DNA of 64,000 bases from Octopus bimaculoides (lineage: Eukaryota), in contig NC_068983.1 in assembly GCF_001194135.2 (NCBI RefSeq), positions 72,357,195-72,421,194 of the forward strand, in the 5' to 3' direction. Positions 1 to 12,740 of this stretch are shown here, piece after piece (positions within the stretch are counted from its first letter, which is position 1; every line of letters begins with the position of its first letter). Under the pieces are notes generated by a model. It had not been told where the DNA came from. It was given only the letters and a program-made list of their open reading frames with translations, and did no database searches. The translations under genes and the position numbers were made by a program.

Positions 1-486
1 GTACAGAATATTCCTGCAGGTTGGTACTGACTGTTAACTTTGTGGTGGAAATAATCCACTCATACAGTGTCAAAATGAAACCACGTTTGTTGTGGACTCT
101 GGTGGTGGTGTTGCTGGCGACAACATTGTGGTACACAGTACTTTGGTGGTGATGATGTCGTCACTGGAAACTGGCTGGAGCTGTGTTCTGTATGTGGTCA
201 GCGACCAGACCTGTGAGAGGTCTGAAATCATGACAACTGGCATAGTTGGAGCAGGCTTATTTATAGATAAACAAGGGCTCCAGAAAACAGGCAGAAATCA
301 CTCTCTTACGTGACCTTATTAGAAGGCCACAATTGGACTGTATGCACCCTGGTGTGAAACAGAACTGGTGATGATTGCCTCGCAAATGAGAACCAATCAG
401 GGTGGTGGACACAAGGGTCTAAGGCAGCCGAAGGCTGGATGTTAGCCGCTTCGTTATCATTTGTGATTGAATGCCCGAGAAAGAGG
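1..486 (-). mobile_element. Highly degenerate Ty3/gypsy-like integrase C-terminal remnant
   Basis: Frameshifted minus-strand translation gives LFLGHSI...FTPG...VW..ADHIQ, echoing the LLMGRxLRT...FxPG...RRHxDQL pattern of metazoan gypsy integrase ends. Many stops. Confidence 0.3.
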
Positions 487-838
487 TTTCACTACATACT
501 CTTTAGAATGATTTACGAGTCAACAATCATGTTAATGACACTACAGTTAGTAGTTAAATTTATAGCAATGCAATTAATGAATGATGATATTTATAGCACT
601 AATAATCTGCATTAGTTGAAATTAGAAAAGCCGCAGCATTGAAACTTGGCATCCTTTTCAAAGTACTGTATCTGAGTAACAAGTTATTATTGAAAGGGTG
701 CAGGCATGACCATGTGGTTAAGGAGCTTGTTTTTTAATCATGTGATGCATATATAATTAGTATGTTTGTGTTTGTATGATACCTATATTGTGAAACAATA
801 ATTATTTGGGAAACTTAAATGTACACCATTATGAATAT

Positions 839-839
<1 letters not shown>

Positions 840-879
<40 letters not shown>

Positions 880-895
880 TGTGTGTGTGTGTGTA

Positions 896-927
<32 letters not shown>

Positions 928-941
928 TGTCTGTGTGTGTG
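840..941. repeat. Compound (GA)n(GT)n microsatellite
   Basis: Seen directly. Confidence 0.95.
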
Positions 942-1351
942 TCAGCCTTTGTATTGAGGGTTATATTTTTATATATGCCACTTGTTTTCTTGTTTTGGTA
1001 ACCGCTGTTGTTATTTATCCCTGACAAAGGCAAACCTATGATCAAGGGTGTTCCAGATATGACCACTACATCTTATATTAAGATAGTAAATCTAATACTG
1101 CATTAGCCAATATGTCCTTCCATTTTTCAAATAGCAAAACATTATGAGGGAGATTTGATAGTTATTCCTAGCAAACTGATTGACCAAGTAAAGACTGTCT
1201 CACTGGCTTTGTGATAATGTGTTTAGCTATGTATTTTTAGATGCCAGCATGGAAAGCAGATGTTAAACAATGATGATCTGTGATGTTATTACTGTGAATC
1301 TTGCTGGTGTCAGTGATTTACAGGCTGCTTTTGTTGTTGATGTTCTCGTTC

Positions 1352-1540
1352 TTGTTTACTCCCAGGTCAGTTCAGTTCAAGCAGATCTATGATCAAAGGC
1401 ATTCAATCTTTTTGTGTATCAAGGACTACATTATCTAAAGTGTCCTTTTTTTTAAGATACAAGGTTGCAATTTGAGGAATATTTGGCTGTGATTTCTAGC
1501 AGGGCTAGTGACCATACAGAGAACACCCTTGCTAGCTTAT
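1352..1540. repeat. Unclassified interspersed repeat family E
   Basis: Motifs ccaggtcag..cagacctatgatcaaaggcattc and tttgagggagatttggctgctatttctagc recur at about 2670, 10290 (inverted), 16235, 22320 (inverted), 27640, 32140 and 55625 (inverted). Confidence 0.7.
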
Positions 1541-2019
1541 TGTTATTCATGATATCTTTGGAGACATTGAAAATGTTTGCTCTTCTAAATGTGTTAATGG
1601 TGGTGATTTGGTATGTGATTTAGTGTGTGTGGATAGGTGGGGGGTCACTTGTAGACTTGTTATTTTCATTGTGTATAGCTAACAGTTATAAATGAGTTTC
1701 TAATGGGATTATGTATAGTCCTTTGTTGCTGGTTGAAATCACAATATGGTATTTTTTTATCGATTATATATGCATTTAGTTATGTATGGTAAGAAGAAAC
1801 CAAATAGAATTTGCATATCCCAATACAGTTGTTTTGTAAGATTAATTTCTTTGTATTAACTACAAATGAAGGATGTTTTTTTCTCTTCTGTTGTTTTCTG
1901 CATATTCTAAAAGAAATATTATATGGCAGTTTTGAGTCAGAACTGAGTGCCAGTCCTTCCAGATGCTTCCAGTGAAGAAATACATAAAATGTATTTCTTC
2001 ACTGCTCGTGTGAAGTGGT

Positions 2020-2127
2020 GCAAGTTCCTTTGGATATTTTGCATGTTCCTTTGGATACTTTACATGTTCCTTTGAATATTTTGCAAGTTTCTTTGGATAT
2101 TTTGCAAGTTCTTTTGGATATTTTGCA
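2020..2127. repeat. 21-bp minisatellite, about 5 units (gcaagttcctttggatatttt)
   Basis: Five head-to-tail units with 1-3 substitutions each and no spacers. Confidence 0.9.
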
Positions 2128-3654
2128 TACTGAAAAAAGCATGAATTTAGTTGTGCTCAGTTATGTGTGTGTGTATGTATTTGCATGTGTGCATATGAGA
2201 TGAATTTGTGTGTGAGTGCATGGATATGTCTGTATATATGCATGGTTTTATGATGTATGCATATGTTTAATATAAGTTTCATGTGTGTATATAGTAAAAT
2301 TGGTGTTTGTATTTATATCTATATAAAAGGATGGAATAAATAACTCAGATATCTTAATGTTAAAATAGAAAGAGAAGATAATACTTTCCTTTGGAGTTCC
2401 ATACTTTTTTCTTTGGTGGTTTGGAAGGTAGAGTAAAGATGTATAATAGATATTGTATGTGTTTTACTTTCTGAAATAAAGTGTATTTTATTATGGGATT
2501 GTGTCTTTATAAGCTTTTATAAAGTATGCACGTGATAGCTATTTTGAACAGTTTGAAGTCGAAGTGATTTTGTTCAAGCCCCAGATGATTAAGGGCCTTA
2601 TATCTTGTCACAAGCTTGAGTTGTGTAAAAGCATGGATTTTCTCTGTAGATAGATGGAAAGCATATTTAGTTGTTGTTATTATTCTCTAGCTCCAGGTCA
2701 GCATAATCAACCAAACTTCTGGTCAAAAGTATTCTAGCCATGATCATCCTGTTTTTTTCCTTTCAAACATAGTTTCATCTGATGCGTTTTTCTCCTTTTA
2801 AGAGAGAGGATGTAATTTTTATTTGCACCAAAAATTTTCCAAATATGCAGCGAACAGGTTGTCAACAAGTTTATCAAGACACATGTAGCATTTAAAAGAA
2901 GGTGGTTCAGCTCTTTTAAAATACAATAGTCAGCTTTGGTAGAAAAAACCCCCCAAAAAAACTAGCTCATTCAGGCATGGAATGTGCCAGAATTTCATGA
3001 GATGTCCATTGTGCTTAAATGAAAAATACTTTATCCTATTAGAGGGTAAATCTACATTGAACTAAATATTTGAGTTTTTGAGCTATAGACTCTCTTCAAA
3101 ATTTTTGATTTCTAAGCTTTTATCATTGAATGGCTAAACAACTTACAAAAGCTTTGCCAATTCTCATTGCTCAATGTGACTCACTAATTTAATATAACTT
3201 TTTCTTTTTCTTTTCTGCAATATTTTAATTCCAACATTCAAATTCGATGTAATTGTTATATTATATTATATATTATATATTGTATTTTACTTTTTACCCT
3301 TCTATATGATCATTCAATGTCCAAGATACATATTACATACACATTGATTATTATTTATTATTATCTATCATTAGATATTTTCACTTTATTTCAACACTCA
3401 TGCTCTGTCTAAGTATATGTATGTATATATGTGAATGTATGTAGGTATGTATATGTATACATATACATAGAAAAGCTACCACCTCCAGCATGTGTGACTA
3501 AGTAAAGCAGTCATGAACAAGCTGTACCCCAATGGACTGAACGCAGCCTGTTTGACTTTCTGAATGGCATGCCTAATTTCATAAGGAAAATAACATTGGT
3601 AAAAATTTTGTCTGTTTTGTTTCATTCTCACATGTTCACTAACACTAACACTCA

Positions 3655-3701
<47 letters not shown>

Positions 3702-4446
3702 ACTCAAAGAAGTTTGCAGAAGCTGGTGTCAAAGGGGACTAACTGTTAAATGCCCAACTAACCTCAATTGCTATAAATGTCTGTTGTGTTATGGACACTC
3801 CAAGCAGAAAAATATAAATATTTGCCAGTGTCGGTCATCTGTATAATTTTTAGCATGCCTCAGTGTCAATTCGCAACTATTCAAACATTCAAGAGCCTTA
3901 AATTGCATTCTTTAATCTGGGACATCATATAAAAGAATGAAAATTATTGATATAATGTTCAAATTTCTGTTTCTACCACTTATGATGAACTGTTGCGATA
4001 ATTTGGCTACAGTAACTGAACTTGCATGTCATATACTGCTGTAAGGCAAGATTGACAAATCTTTACTTTCAAAGTGCAAGTGTGCAAAGCTGTGCTACAC
4101 AGTATGTACATATACTTACAGTCATTGAATTATTGGAACAGGTCATTTTATGTGGTAAAAGCACAAAGAAATTGAACATTAAATCAATAACATATTTTTA
4201 ATATTTTAAATTTTGATATCACAACTCATGGCTTCATCTGAAAAAAAAAGTGGGGAAGATTTCTGAAGAAATGAAAAATATTGCAGAAAAAGTGAACAAA
4301 TGATTACTCTGAATCCATCTGCACTTTTAAAGAATTTAACATAAAGCAGCATTATGCTGCAAAACATTCAAGGTATAATAAATTTAAAGGAGATATTAAT
4401 AAACAAGAAATTGAAACCCTCAAGAGATCGGTACCATAAATAATAT

Positions 4447-4653
4447 GCTGATCATGTATGAAAAAATGGAGACCACCTCCCCCTGTGGGATGAAATTAAA
4501 ATAATAGACAGAGAACATCACTGGATAATATGAAAACTAAAAGAAGCAATACATATGCTAGGACACAACAACCTCCTAAGCAGACTGAGTGCAGATATGA
4601 ATACCATATGGGAATCGGTATTAAGGAAGGATAGGAAAATATTAGATTTATAA
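4447..4653 (+). mobile_element. Penelope-like element GIY-YIG endonuclease C-terminal fragment
   Basis: ADHV*KNGDHLPLWDEIKIIDREHHWII*KLKEAIHM...* matches the IAEH.W....IDW....ILDRE.....R..KEAIHI pattern. Two in-frame TGA stops. Confidence 0.7.
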
Positions 4654-4684
4654 GCCCTAAAAATTCACTCCATAATTGCCCACG

Positions 4685-4750
4685 AGCATATGGTGTAATG
4701 GTTAAGAGCGCGGGCTACTAACCCCAAGATTCCGAGTTCGATTCCAGGCA
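4685..4750 (+). mobile_element. tRNA-derived SINE-like head (Pol III A/B boxes)
   Basis: A box tggtgtaatgg (4691-4701) and B box gagttcgattcc (4734-4745). Stems do not form a full cloverleaf, so it is not a tRNA gene. Confidence 0.7.
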
Positions 4751-5946
4751 TAATAATATTAATAATAACAACATTGAAAAATAATTTAGAAACGTGCAAA
4801 TGTTATGCATGCAGTTGTTTCAAGCATAAATTTCATAAAATCCTGAGCACTTAACCATCACCAATTTAAAGAGTTCTCAGTAGAACTTGAATCAGAGTAT
4901 GACTATCTGGTTTACTACTGTGTAATTAATTGACAGGCTACGCAAAGGAAAGATGCTTCAACAGTTTTATACCCCCAGAGAAGAGGTATGCACCTTCTTA
5001 GAAATGAAGGATAAATTTGTCCTCAAGCTGAAGTATGATAACTGGATTGGTGACCTGGCACTGTTCATAGATATCACTATCCATTTAAATTATCTCAATT
5101 TCAAATTGCAAAGACAACACCAGTTGATTCATGGGATGTATTCTCTTGTCAAAGTTTTTGAAACAAAACTTGAAATTTGAGAGAATCAACTCAGGATTAA
5201 TGTCACTTTTCATTTTCCCACACTAGACAGTCACAGGGAGTCTGGACACAATGGTTTTGCTGTGGAATTAAGGGAGTTAAAAAAAAATGTGTAAACCAGA
5301 TTTAAAGACTTCAAAGCTAGAAAAACTGATTTTAACCTTTGTGGAAAGCCATTTTATGTCAATGTTGAAAAAATAGTATGAAAGGAACAGCAAAGAGAAC
5401 TACTTAAACTTCAGCATGATGAATTTTGTGGTAAAAATTTATTGACAAATGTTTATTGAAATGTTATGGAACTCTTCCTGAAGGAAACTACATGAAAATA
5501 GTGTGCTTTCCTAGAAATTATGTCTCTCTGTTTGGTATACATGTTATTTGTATAAATGTGAACAACCTTTTACTAGAATGAAAATAACAGTCAATAACTA
5601 GGTCAAAACTGATAGACATTTAACTCAAAAGACAATTTATGAGTTGCAACATTGAAAATATCTGTAAATATTGAAAAAGTTGTAAAAAAAAAGTACAATA
5701 ATGCTAAGCTTCTCACTAAATATTACAATGTTTCCTGTCTGTATTTTGATGAACTGTGTTTCAGTCATTGTGAGAGTTTTAGTCAAACTATTTTCCTCAT
5801 CTATGTTGATAATTTTTGTTATCATATTTTAGTCATTATGCTCTGCCCAACTTGTCAGGTCATGTTAATTCGTTTTTCAATTTCTTTTTTATGAAGTTGC
5901 TTCTCTTCAATCAGGTTACCATTTCCACCCCAGTACCATAACTTCA

Positions 5947-6164
5947 CCCGTTAGTATTCAGATTATTTTGTCATATATAATGCTTCTTTATTTCCATTGT
6001 TTTGAATTAATCAAATGTTAGCCCATAAATTCAAAATTTCGATAATGTGGTTCATTATTTTTAGAATTATATTGTAGCGTAGGTGTGTGAGGCTGTATCT
6101 GGCCAGTTTAAACAAAACAGGTAGAATATTTGGGCTGGATATGGCCAGTTTAAATGCTAAAGGC
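5947..6164. mobile_element. piggyBac-type MITE (degenerate copy)
   Basis: Ends ttca|cccgttagtatt ... aatgctaaaggc|ttaa. Internally homologous to the 15618-16028 copy. Confidence 0.65.
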
Positions 6165-6324
6165 TTAAAACTGTTTGAATAAACCAGACATAACAATGAT
6201 TAAGTACAGTGTTTCTTGAATTTTAACTTTTCAATGAAAGTAATGCTTACAGAATTTAAACCACTGGTCATTGTCACAAAGGAAGCTCATATGTATAAAC
6301 ATCTTTTGCTTTACAAATGGGAAA

Positions 6325-6503
6325 CATTCATCATCATCATTATCATCGTTTAACGTCCGCTTTCCATGCTGCCATGGGTTGGATGGTTTGACTGAGGACT
6401 GACAAGCCAGGAGGCTGCACCAGGCTCCAATCTGACCTGGCAAGGTTTCTATAGCTGGATGCCCTTCCTAATGCCAACCACTCCAAGAGTGTAGTGGGTG
6501 CTT
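6325..6503 (-). mobile_element. RTE LINE 3'-end copy (5'-truncated) with (GAT)n tail
   Basis: Matches the 3' UTR of the RTE at 39604-40651 (gtttaacgtccgctttccatgc..gggttgga). Confidence 0.85.
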
Positions 6504-6952
6504 GTCACTTTGTACCCAGAACAATGTCCTTTGACCTCCTAAGGCAATAAAAACTGAAGACAAGATTCTTTCTGTGATGATTCTAAAATACAAGCTGTTA
6601 TGGACTATGTTTGATTTTTGCAGATAATAAAGGTGCATAGATTATGAATTTTGATTGAAGAGATGAGGCCTTGAAACAAAAAATTGCTGGGACCTCTAAA
6701 AGTCATGCGACAGCCCTGCCTTCATGTGTCACCTGGTTGACTATATGGGTGACTAAACTATAGCCTACACTGCCAGATATTTTAAGCATCTCAGCAGTGA
6801 TTCCTGATGAGCCAGGAACTTTCCCTGTCTTCATAATGATTTTATTTTCTCTAGAGAAGAAATATATTTTTTTCTTTTAGAAAAATATTTTTTACAATCA
6901 AATGAATAAATTAGAAACAAATCTTACTACTTTTTATGTATATTTTCATATT

Positions 6953-7165
6953 GGTTTCAAATTTTTGCACAAGACCAGCAATTTTAGGGATGGGGCTAGT
7001 TGATTACATCAACCCCAGTGCTCAACTGGTACTTATTTTATTGACCCCAAAAGAATGAAAGGCAAAGTCAACCTTAGCAGAATTTGAACCCAGAACATAA
7101 AGACAGACAAAATACCACTAAGCATTTTGCCTGGCATACCTAATGATTATGCCAGCTCACCACCT
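6953..7165 (-). mobile_element. tRNA-derived SINE family C
   Basis: Same sequence recurs at 11091, 11503, 22520, 26377, 26670, 49860 and 55325, with B-box-like gttcaaattc and (ATT)n tails. Confidence 0.8.
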
Positions 7166-8686
7166 AATGTATATTTTCATATTAACACTATATTTCAATA
7201 GTCAGATTGTTAAATGTGTACATGGATTTAAAAAAATAGTTTTAGTAAAACTTTGATACATGGATTAAAATATATTGATTTTTCAAGCGCTCATGTTTTT
7301 TTCTTTTAATTAATTCATAATATAGCATTGTAGCAGTGTGTGACAATCTCACTATTATCTTTGATAGTATTATACCAAGACCTCGATTTTTTAAATATAG
7401 ATAAAAATCTAAAGAGTCTTTTCACATAAGAAAAATATCAATTTTTCCCTATTTCTAAGGCAAATGCTTATACATATGGTCTCAAGTAGTAAAGCTGCGT
7501 GAGGCACCTCGAAATCTTTTAGTAGTGCAGCTCACCTTATGATGAGCCCATATCGCATGTGGCCCACTGTTCAAAAAAGGTTGTCTATGGCTGATGTAGA
7601 GGCTTCTTCATTAGTATAAGAAGGAGTTCTTTTTTAAAAGAAAAGAAACATTTTTTTAATGTTTACCTGCACTGAATGTACAAGATAGTGCTGTTAGGAT
7701 AGTGGTGTAGTCATTTTGCAGGTTGAGTGAATGGGACTGGTAGTATTGTTAGGATAATGTTATAGTAATGTTCTGTGCTCCTACTAAATATATATGTATC
7801 TATGTGTATCAATATAAATATATATGTATGGATGTATGTATGCATCTATGTATATAAAGTAGAGAGAGAGAGAGAGATGGATGCATATATACATATATTA
7901 CTTACATCACTTCAAATGTAACAGCTAGATTTTTCAGTTCAGTGTATAGATTTTTTGTCATTTTAAATGATTATAACATAAAACCAACAGAACCATATGA
8001 ATTCAATTATATAACTACATAAAAATGGCCATGCAGTTCAACTGCATTTCCATCATTAAAATGTTCAGAATGTTTTCTAATGGAATATTCTATACAACCA
8101 CTTTTTTTACACATTTCTTTTTACTTGCTGGTTGTATTAATGTATGTATACTCCTCTTTTGTTATATTCTATTAGCATTTAAAATAACAAGAAAAATGTA
8201 AGCACTCTCCTAAACATCAAATGTTTTGATAATTGTGGATTAGCTAAGTTATGTTTTGCATCCAAAAATGTTTGGCAATTGCAATCCCGTAATAATAGAG
8301 TACCTACCTTGTTCTTTTATGGCAACAGAATATATCTGCATATGACCTATGATAGTAGATAAATAGCTGTTGCTTTAATACAACAGACTGAAACTGCTTT
8401 ATAGCAGCATTGGAGTAGATATTTGAGTAGCTTACTTAGTTCAACATGAATTAATGCTAAGGATTATTAATTGTACATGCACCAGTGACTGTGACTGGGC
8501 TGCCTGCAAACTTCTTCAAGCATTTTAACAAAGAATGCTCTCATCTGTTCCTCAAAATTATAGACATTGTTCAGACATAAAAATCTGTGCTAATTTAAAA
8601 ACTCAAAGAATTATGTCACAAAATTCACTCATGTATAATTAGAAGAAGTTGTAATTCCAGCAGCAATTCTTTGATAGCAATTTCAG

Positions 8687-8736
8687 AATGCAACTGAGGA
8701 ACTTTGATGCAGATATACTTGAAATTCATTCAACTG
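8687..8736 (+). CDS. Weak plus-strand exon candidate (MQLRNFDADILEIHST)
   Basis: tttcag acceptor, open frame and gtaaga donor; no homology recognised. Confidence 0.12.
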
Positions 8737-11090
8737 GTAAGAAATATTTTCACCAAAATTATTAGCACCCAACAGGTAGTAGAATATACTGAATGAACAT
8801 TTTTTCAGACCATTAGTGAGATCTCTTTGCTGAAGACAGATGCTAGATATTAAATGAAGATTCAACGGTTTATAATGGAGATAGAACTGTAAATTTTGGA
8901 GTATAATTTGTACTCATTAAATATTAACATAATATAATGATAGTGCTGTATAAAGAGTGTATTTGCAATAATTGTATGATTTATAAATCAAAATTAATAG
9001 TAAATTGATTATTTCATTCAATTCAATTGTGATGAGAAATGCCTGATATATTGATAGGATAGAGGTGAATGTGAGGTACTAAAGAGTTTTGGGCTAAGCC
9101 TAAGCCTAAGCAGAATCTTTCACTACTGACAGTTTTTGGTCATATTGCCCAACTTAGAACAACATATTTTATAATGAGGTAAAATGGAGATTATTATTGT
9201 TTTCACAGACCACAAAAACATGCAGAAATAGAAATACATCAACCTAGTCTCATTAAAATCCATCAAAAACTATGTGTCTCTTAAAAACTATCTTAATAGG
9301 ATAATGTACTTCTTAATAAAAGACCTAGCTAAGCTTGCATCACAAAATTTGGTTATTTTAAGAGTCATAACAAAACTTTGAATCTAAATTTTATCTGACT
9401 TAATACAAGATATAATTTCATACTGCTTTTAGGTATTCATTACATACACATCCTGAGCCAAATCCAAATAAATTCCATTCATATTAAATTCTATATATAA
9501 AGTTGTTGAGCGATATCACCAATTCTAGATAAGAATACCAATTATTTACAAGCATTACTCTTAAAATGATTTGAATTTAGCACTCCAATCATACTCTAGC
9601 TCCAGTTTTCCAGTGGCTAGGTATAGCCTCTCATACTAGCTGATTACATCTATATGTTTAGGCCTCTAAGCATTAATTCTCTTAGCAACAGACTTTGAGA
9701 AATTATAAAATATGAGTCATAACCCTTTAGCAATCAGGTCTCAGTAAATCATGATATTGGAAGTCAAGCTAGTAAAATATTATAGATTTTTCTTGTTTGG
9801 AAATATGAATGAAAGAAAAGTAGAAAAGACAAAACAGAAAAGGATAAATATTTTCTAGAATGGAAATCAGAATTTTCAAAAGTAATTATTTATGTCAAAA
9901 CTAGAATTTCCTCAAGTATTGAGAAGTGTTATGGTCAATTAGCCATGCTAAATTTTTATGTACTTGAATTCTTATTAACATTTTATTTAAATATATTTTC
10001 AATAAAATCTCACAAATGGCAAGGCTTCTTCAAAATTCCTGAATGAGGATCTAAGTAAATCTAATGTAAAAACAAAAAGGGGTTGATAAACAAAGACTCA
10101 ACTAATCCCAGTTACAAAACAAGAGAGCAAAAGTGGGAAAACAACTTATTGATATTTACAATGCTATTTAAGGTTGATTTCCATTTATAGTATGAGGGAG
10201 AAAGGGAAAGGAACGGCCAAACAATTCCATTATCAATATCTTCATCATTGTTGCTGCCACAATCAACAAGTCTTATACATTAAGCCAACAACAGAGCAAC
10301 AAGATGGTTACTCAACCTGCATGAAATAACAGCCAAATTACTTTTAAATAACACCCTACTGTCTTTACAAAAGAAGGATCATTGGATACTGTTGCTCAAG
10401 ATAAACAAAACCAAAAAAAAAAAAAATACAAGATGCAGAGAACCCTTTTGATCAAAGGCCTGCTTGATCACACTTAACCTCAAGTTAAAGAACATCAACA
10501 ATTCTTATAGAGCTGGCATATCTAAAGTCCAGTTTCCTTGTCAGCCTGCCAGAAATCTGATGACACATCACATGCATATATTACTTGAATTAGCAGTTAG
10601 TACTCAGTTCTCATTGACTTTCTTCAAACAAACTGATACTATTTTTCTGTTCCAAATTACTGACTAACAAGTACTTAGATTTTTGCTATGCTGTCTTTTA
10701 AGTTAGATGACACTTTTAAGTTAGATAGACTTCTGGGATTGATATAAGAAATTTGAGTAAGTAACAAATTCTTGCTTTATGATATTTCATTCCCTACATC
10801 ATAATTTTTATTCAAATTGATTAGCAGTTAATTTTGTCCTTCTTCCTTCCAGAATTAGTGAATGAAGTACTACAGTTATTTAAAGAACAAACAGGAGTAT
10901 TGTTTTACATGCAGAGATTTTATGCTTATTATAAAAAATATATAAATGAAATAAAAAATATTGCTAAACAATTTTATCATTCCATGATCAGAAAATACTA
11001 CTTGCAACACTCAGAAAAATTGATTCCCATCTTCCACTGGATTTTATTTTTTCCATTTTTTTTTTTTTTTGAAATGATAATAACAATACT

Positions 11091-11294
11091 TTCTATTAAA
11101 GGCACAAGGCCCAAAATTTTGGGGAAGGGTCTAGTCAATTATATCAACCCCAGTGTTCCTGGCACTTAATTTATCGACCCCAAAAGGAAGAAAGGCAAAG
11201 TCAACCTCAGCAGAATTTGAACTCAGAATGTAAGGACAGGCAAAATGGCACTAAGCATTTTGCCCAGTGTGCTAACAATTCTGCCAGCTCACCA
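11091..11294 (-). mobile_element. SINE family C
   Basis: Homologous to 6953-7165. Confidence 0.8.
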
Positions 11295-11310
11295 TATTAT
11301 TATTATTATT

Positions 11311-11388
11311 AGACCAGATATAGTTGTCAAAGATCATGAAGAAAAAAAATGCTTTCTAATTGATGTATCAATACCAGCAGATGACAAC
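11311..11388 (+). mobile_element. R4/Dong-like non-LTR restriction-like endonuclease fragment
   Basis: RPDIVVKDHEEKKCFLIDVSIPADDN is the PD-(D/E)xK RLE motif. It starts right after a (TAT)n tract. Confidence 0.75.
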
Positions 11389-11460
11389 CACAGCACATAC
11401 CCAAGGCGCACAGAGCTGCGCTCGGTAGTGAAGTGAAAGCACGTTATAAAAATAAAACTA

Positions 11461-11502
<42 letters not shown>

Positions 11503-11705
11503 CCTTTCTACTACAGGCACAAGGTCTGAAATTTTGAGGGAGGGGTTAAGTTGATTACATCTATCCCAGCACTCAACTGGTACTTAATTTATTGACCATG
11601 AAAGGATGAAAGGCAAAGTTATCCTCAGCAGGATTTGAACTCAGAGTGTAAGAAGCCATAAAAATACTGCTAAGCATTTTGCTGGATATGCTAATGGTTT
11701 TGCCA
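11503..11705 (-). mobile_element. SINE family C with (AAT)n tract at 11464-11502
   Basis: Homologous to other family C copies. Confidence 0.8.
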
Positions 11706-12059
11706 ATAATAATAAAAATATAACAAATAAATGGCAAATATGTGGCCCATCACAAACAAACTGATGTTGACCATGAGCACAGCCATCAGTGGCCACAAAG
11801 CTCAGGGCTAAAGGTAGAGAGTTAAAGCTTCATCTTATCTAATCAAGATCAAAGCTTATTGACCCAGAACTATCAAGCCAATGTGATGAAAAATGCAATA
11901 GATCCAAAGTTCCGATTCTACAATGATGGGATTGAAACAGTGGACAACTTAATCTCTTGATGTCAAGTTTTAGCGCCAGTAGAGTATAAATCAAGACATG
12001 ACAGAATTTGCCAATATCTACACTGGTTAATATGTCAGCATTATAAAATCAAAATATTG

Positions 12060-12473
12060 ACAAGTGGTTATAAACATCACCCTCGGTTGTAACTCAGGAA
12101 GAAAATGTAATGGTTCTTTAGAACCTTCCAGTACATACAGACAGAAACATCAAAGCTAATGAACCAGAGAGTGTTGTAAAAAACCGATAGAATAAAATCT
12201 TTTTCATTGACATGAAAATCCTTTGTGATCATATTGCAGCAAAAGAATTTGACAAGCTCAAAAATTATAAAGATTTGCTTACTGAAATTGAAAAAATATG
12301 GCATCTCAAGGTGGTTACATACAATACCAGTGATTGTAGGAGCATTTAGGACGATAAAAAAAGAAACTGAAAATTATTTGAGAATGTTCTCTAGCTTACC
12401 ATCCCTGAAAGAAGTGAAAAAGTTTCTTTTAACTGGTACATCACATGTATGGAGAAGAGCATTGTTGCCGTGA
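12060..12473 (+). mobile_element. R4/Dong-like LINE C-terminal RLE remnant
   Basis: Frameshifted KWYKH..; AAKEFDKLKNYKDLLTEIEKIWHLK; TIPVIVGAFRTIKK..LLTGTSHVWRRAL*. Confidence 0.8.
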
Positions 12474-12740
12474 GAATGATTACCTTCCATGCAAATAATT
12501 TTCTTCAGCATAACTTTTATTTTGCAAATGAACAATCTGGTATGTTTATTTTAATAGCTTGTCAATGTACGCAGCGAGTTTCTTTACCTTAAGCATCAGG
12601 AAAATACTCAGCAAGGAATGGAAACAAAATTGAAGGAAGAAGAAGATGATGATGATGATGATGATGATGATGAGGATGATGATGATGATGATGATGATAA
12701 TGATGATGATGATGATGATAATGATGATGATGATAATAAT

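Larger units (their letters stand above)
4228..5640 (+). mobile_element. Decayed hAT transposase (SPIN/Charlie/GTF2IRD2-like), interrupted by insertions
   Basis: N-terminus MASSEKK..ISEE..QKK*TNDY; ELESEYDYLVYY; GKMLQQFY..EEVCTFLEMK..WIGDLALFIDITIHLNYLNFKLQ..FETKLEI*ENQL..HFPTL (ORF 4953-5180); dimerisation-like SLFG..CEQ.F..MK..RSKL. Stops and frameshifts throughout. Confidence 0.85.

Noticed and set aside
806-1066. ORFs such as ERERER/CVCVCV/HTHTHT here and at 17.0, 29.4-29.7, 35.0, 41.4-42.0 and 44.1-44.8 kb
   Set aside because: Translations of dinucleotide microsatellites lacking stop codons.
2020-2127. CRISPR-like appearance of the 21-bp repeats (and of the 60-bp RTE UTR units)
   Set aside because: Head-to-tail with no unique spacers, no cas genes, eukaryotic context.
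4685-4750. Possible tRNA gene
   Set aside because: Acceptor and T stems do not pair; SINE-like head only.
9093-9111. (GCCTAA)3 telomere-like motif
   Set aside because: Too short; expected by chance.
10834-11169. 111-aa ORF
   Set aside because: AT-rich low-complexity sequence running into a SINE; no recognisable motif.
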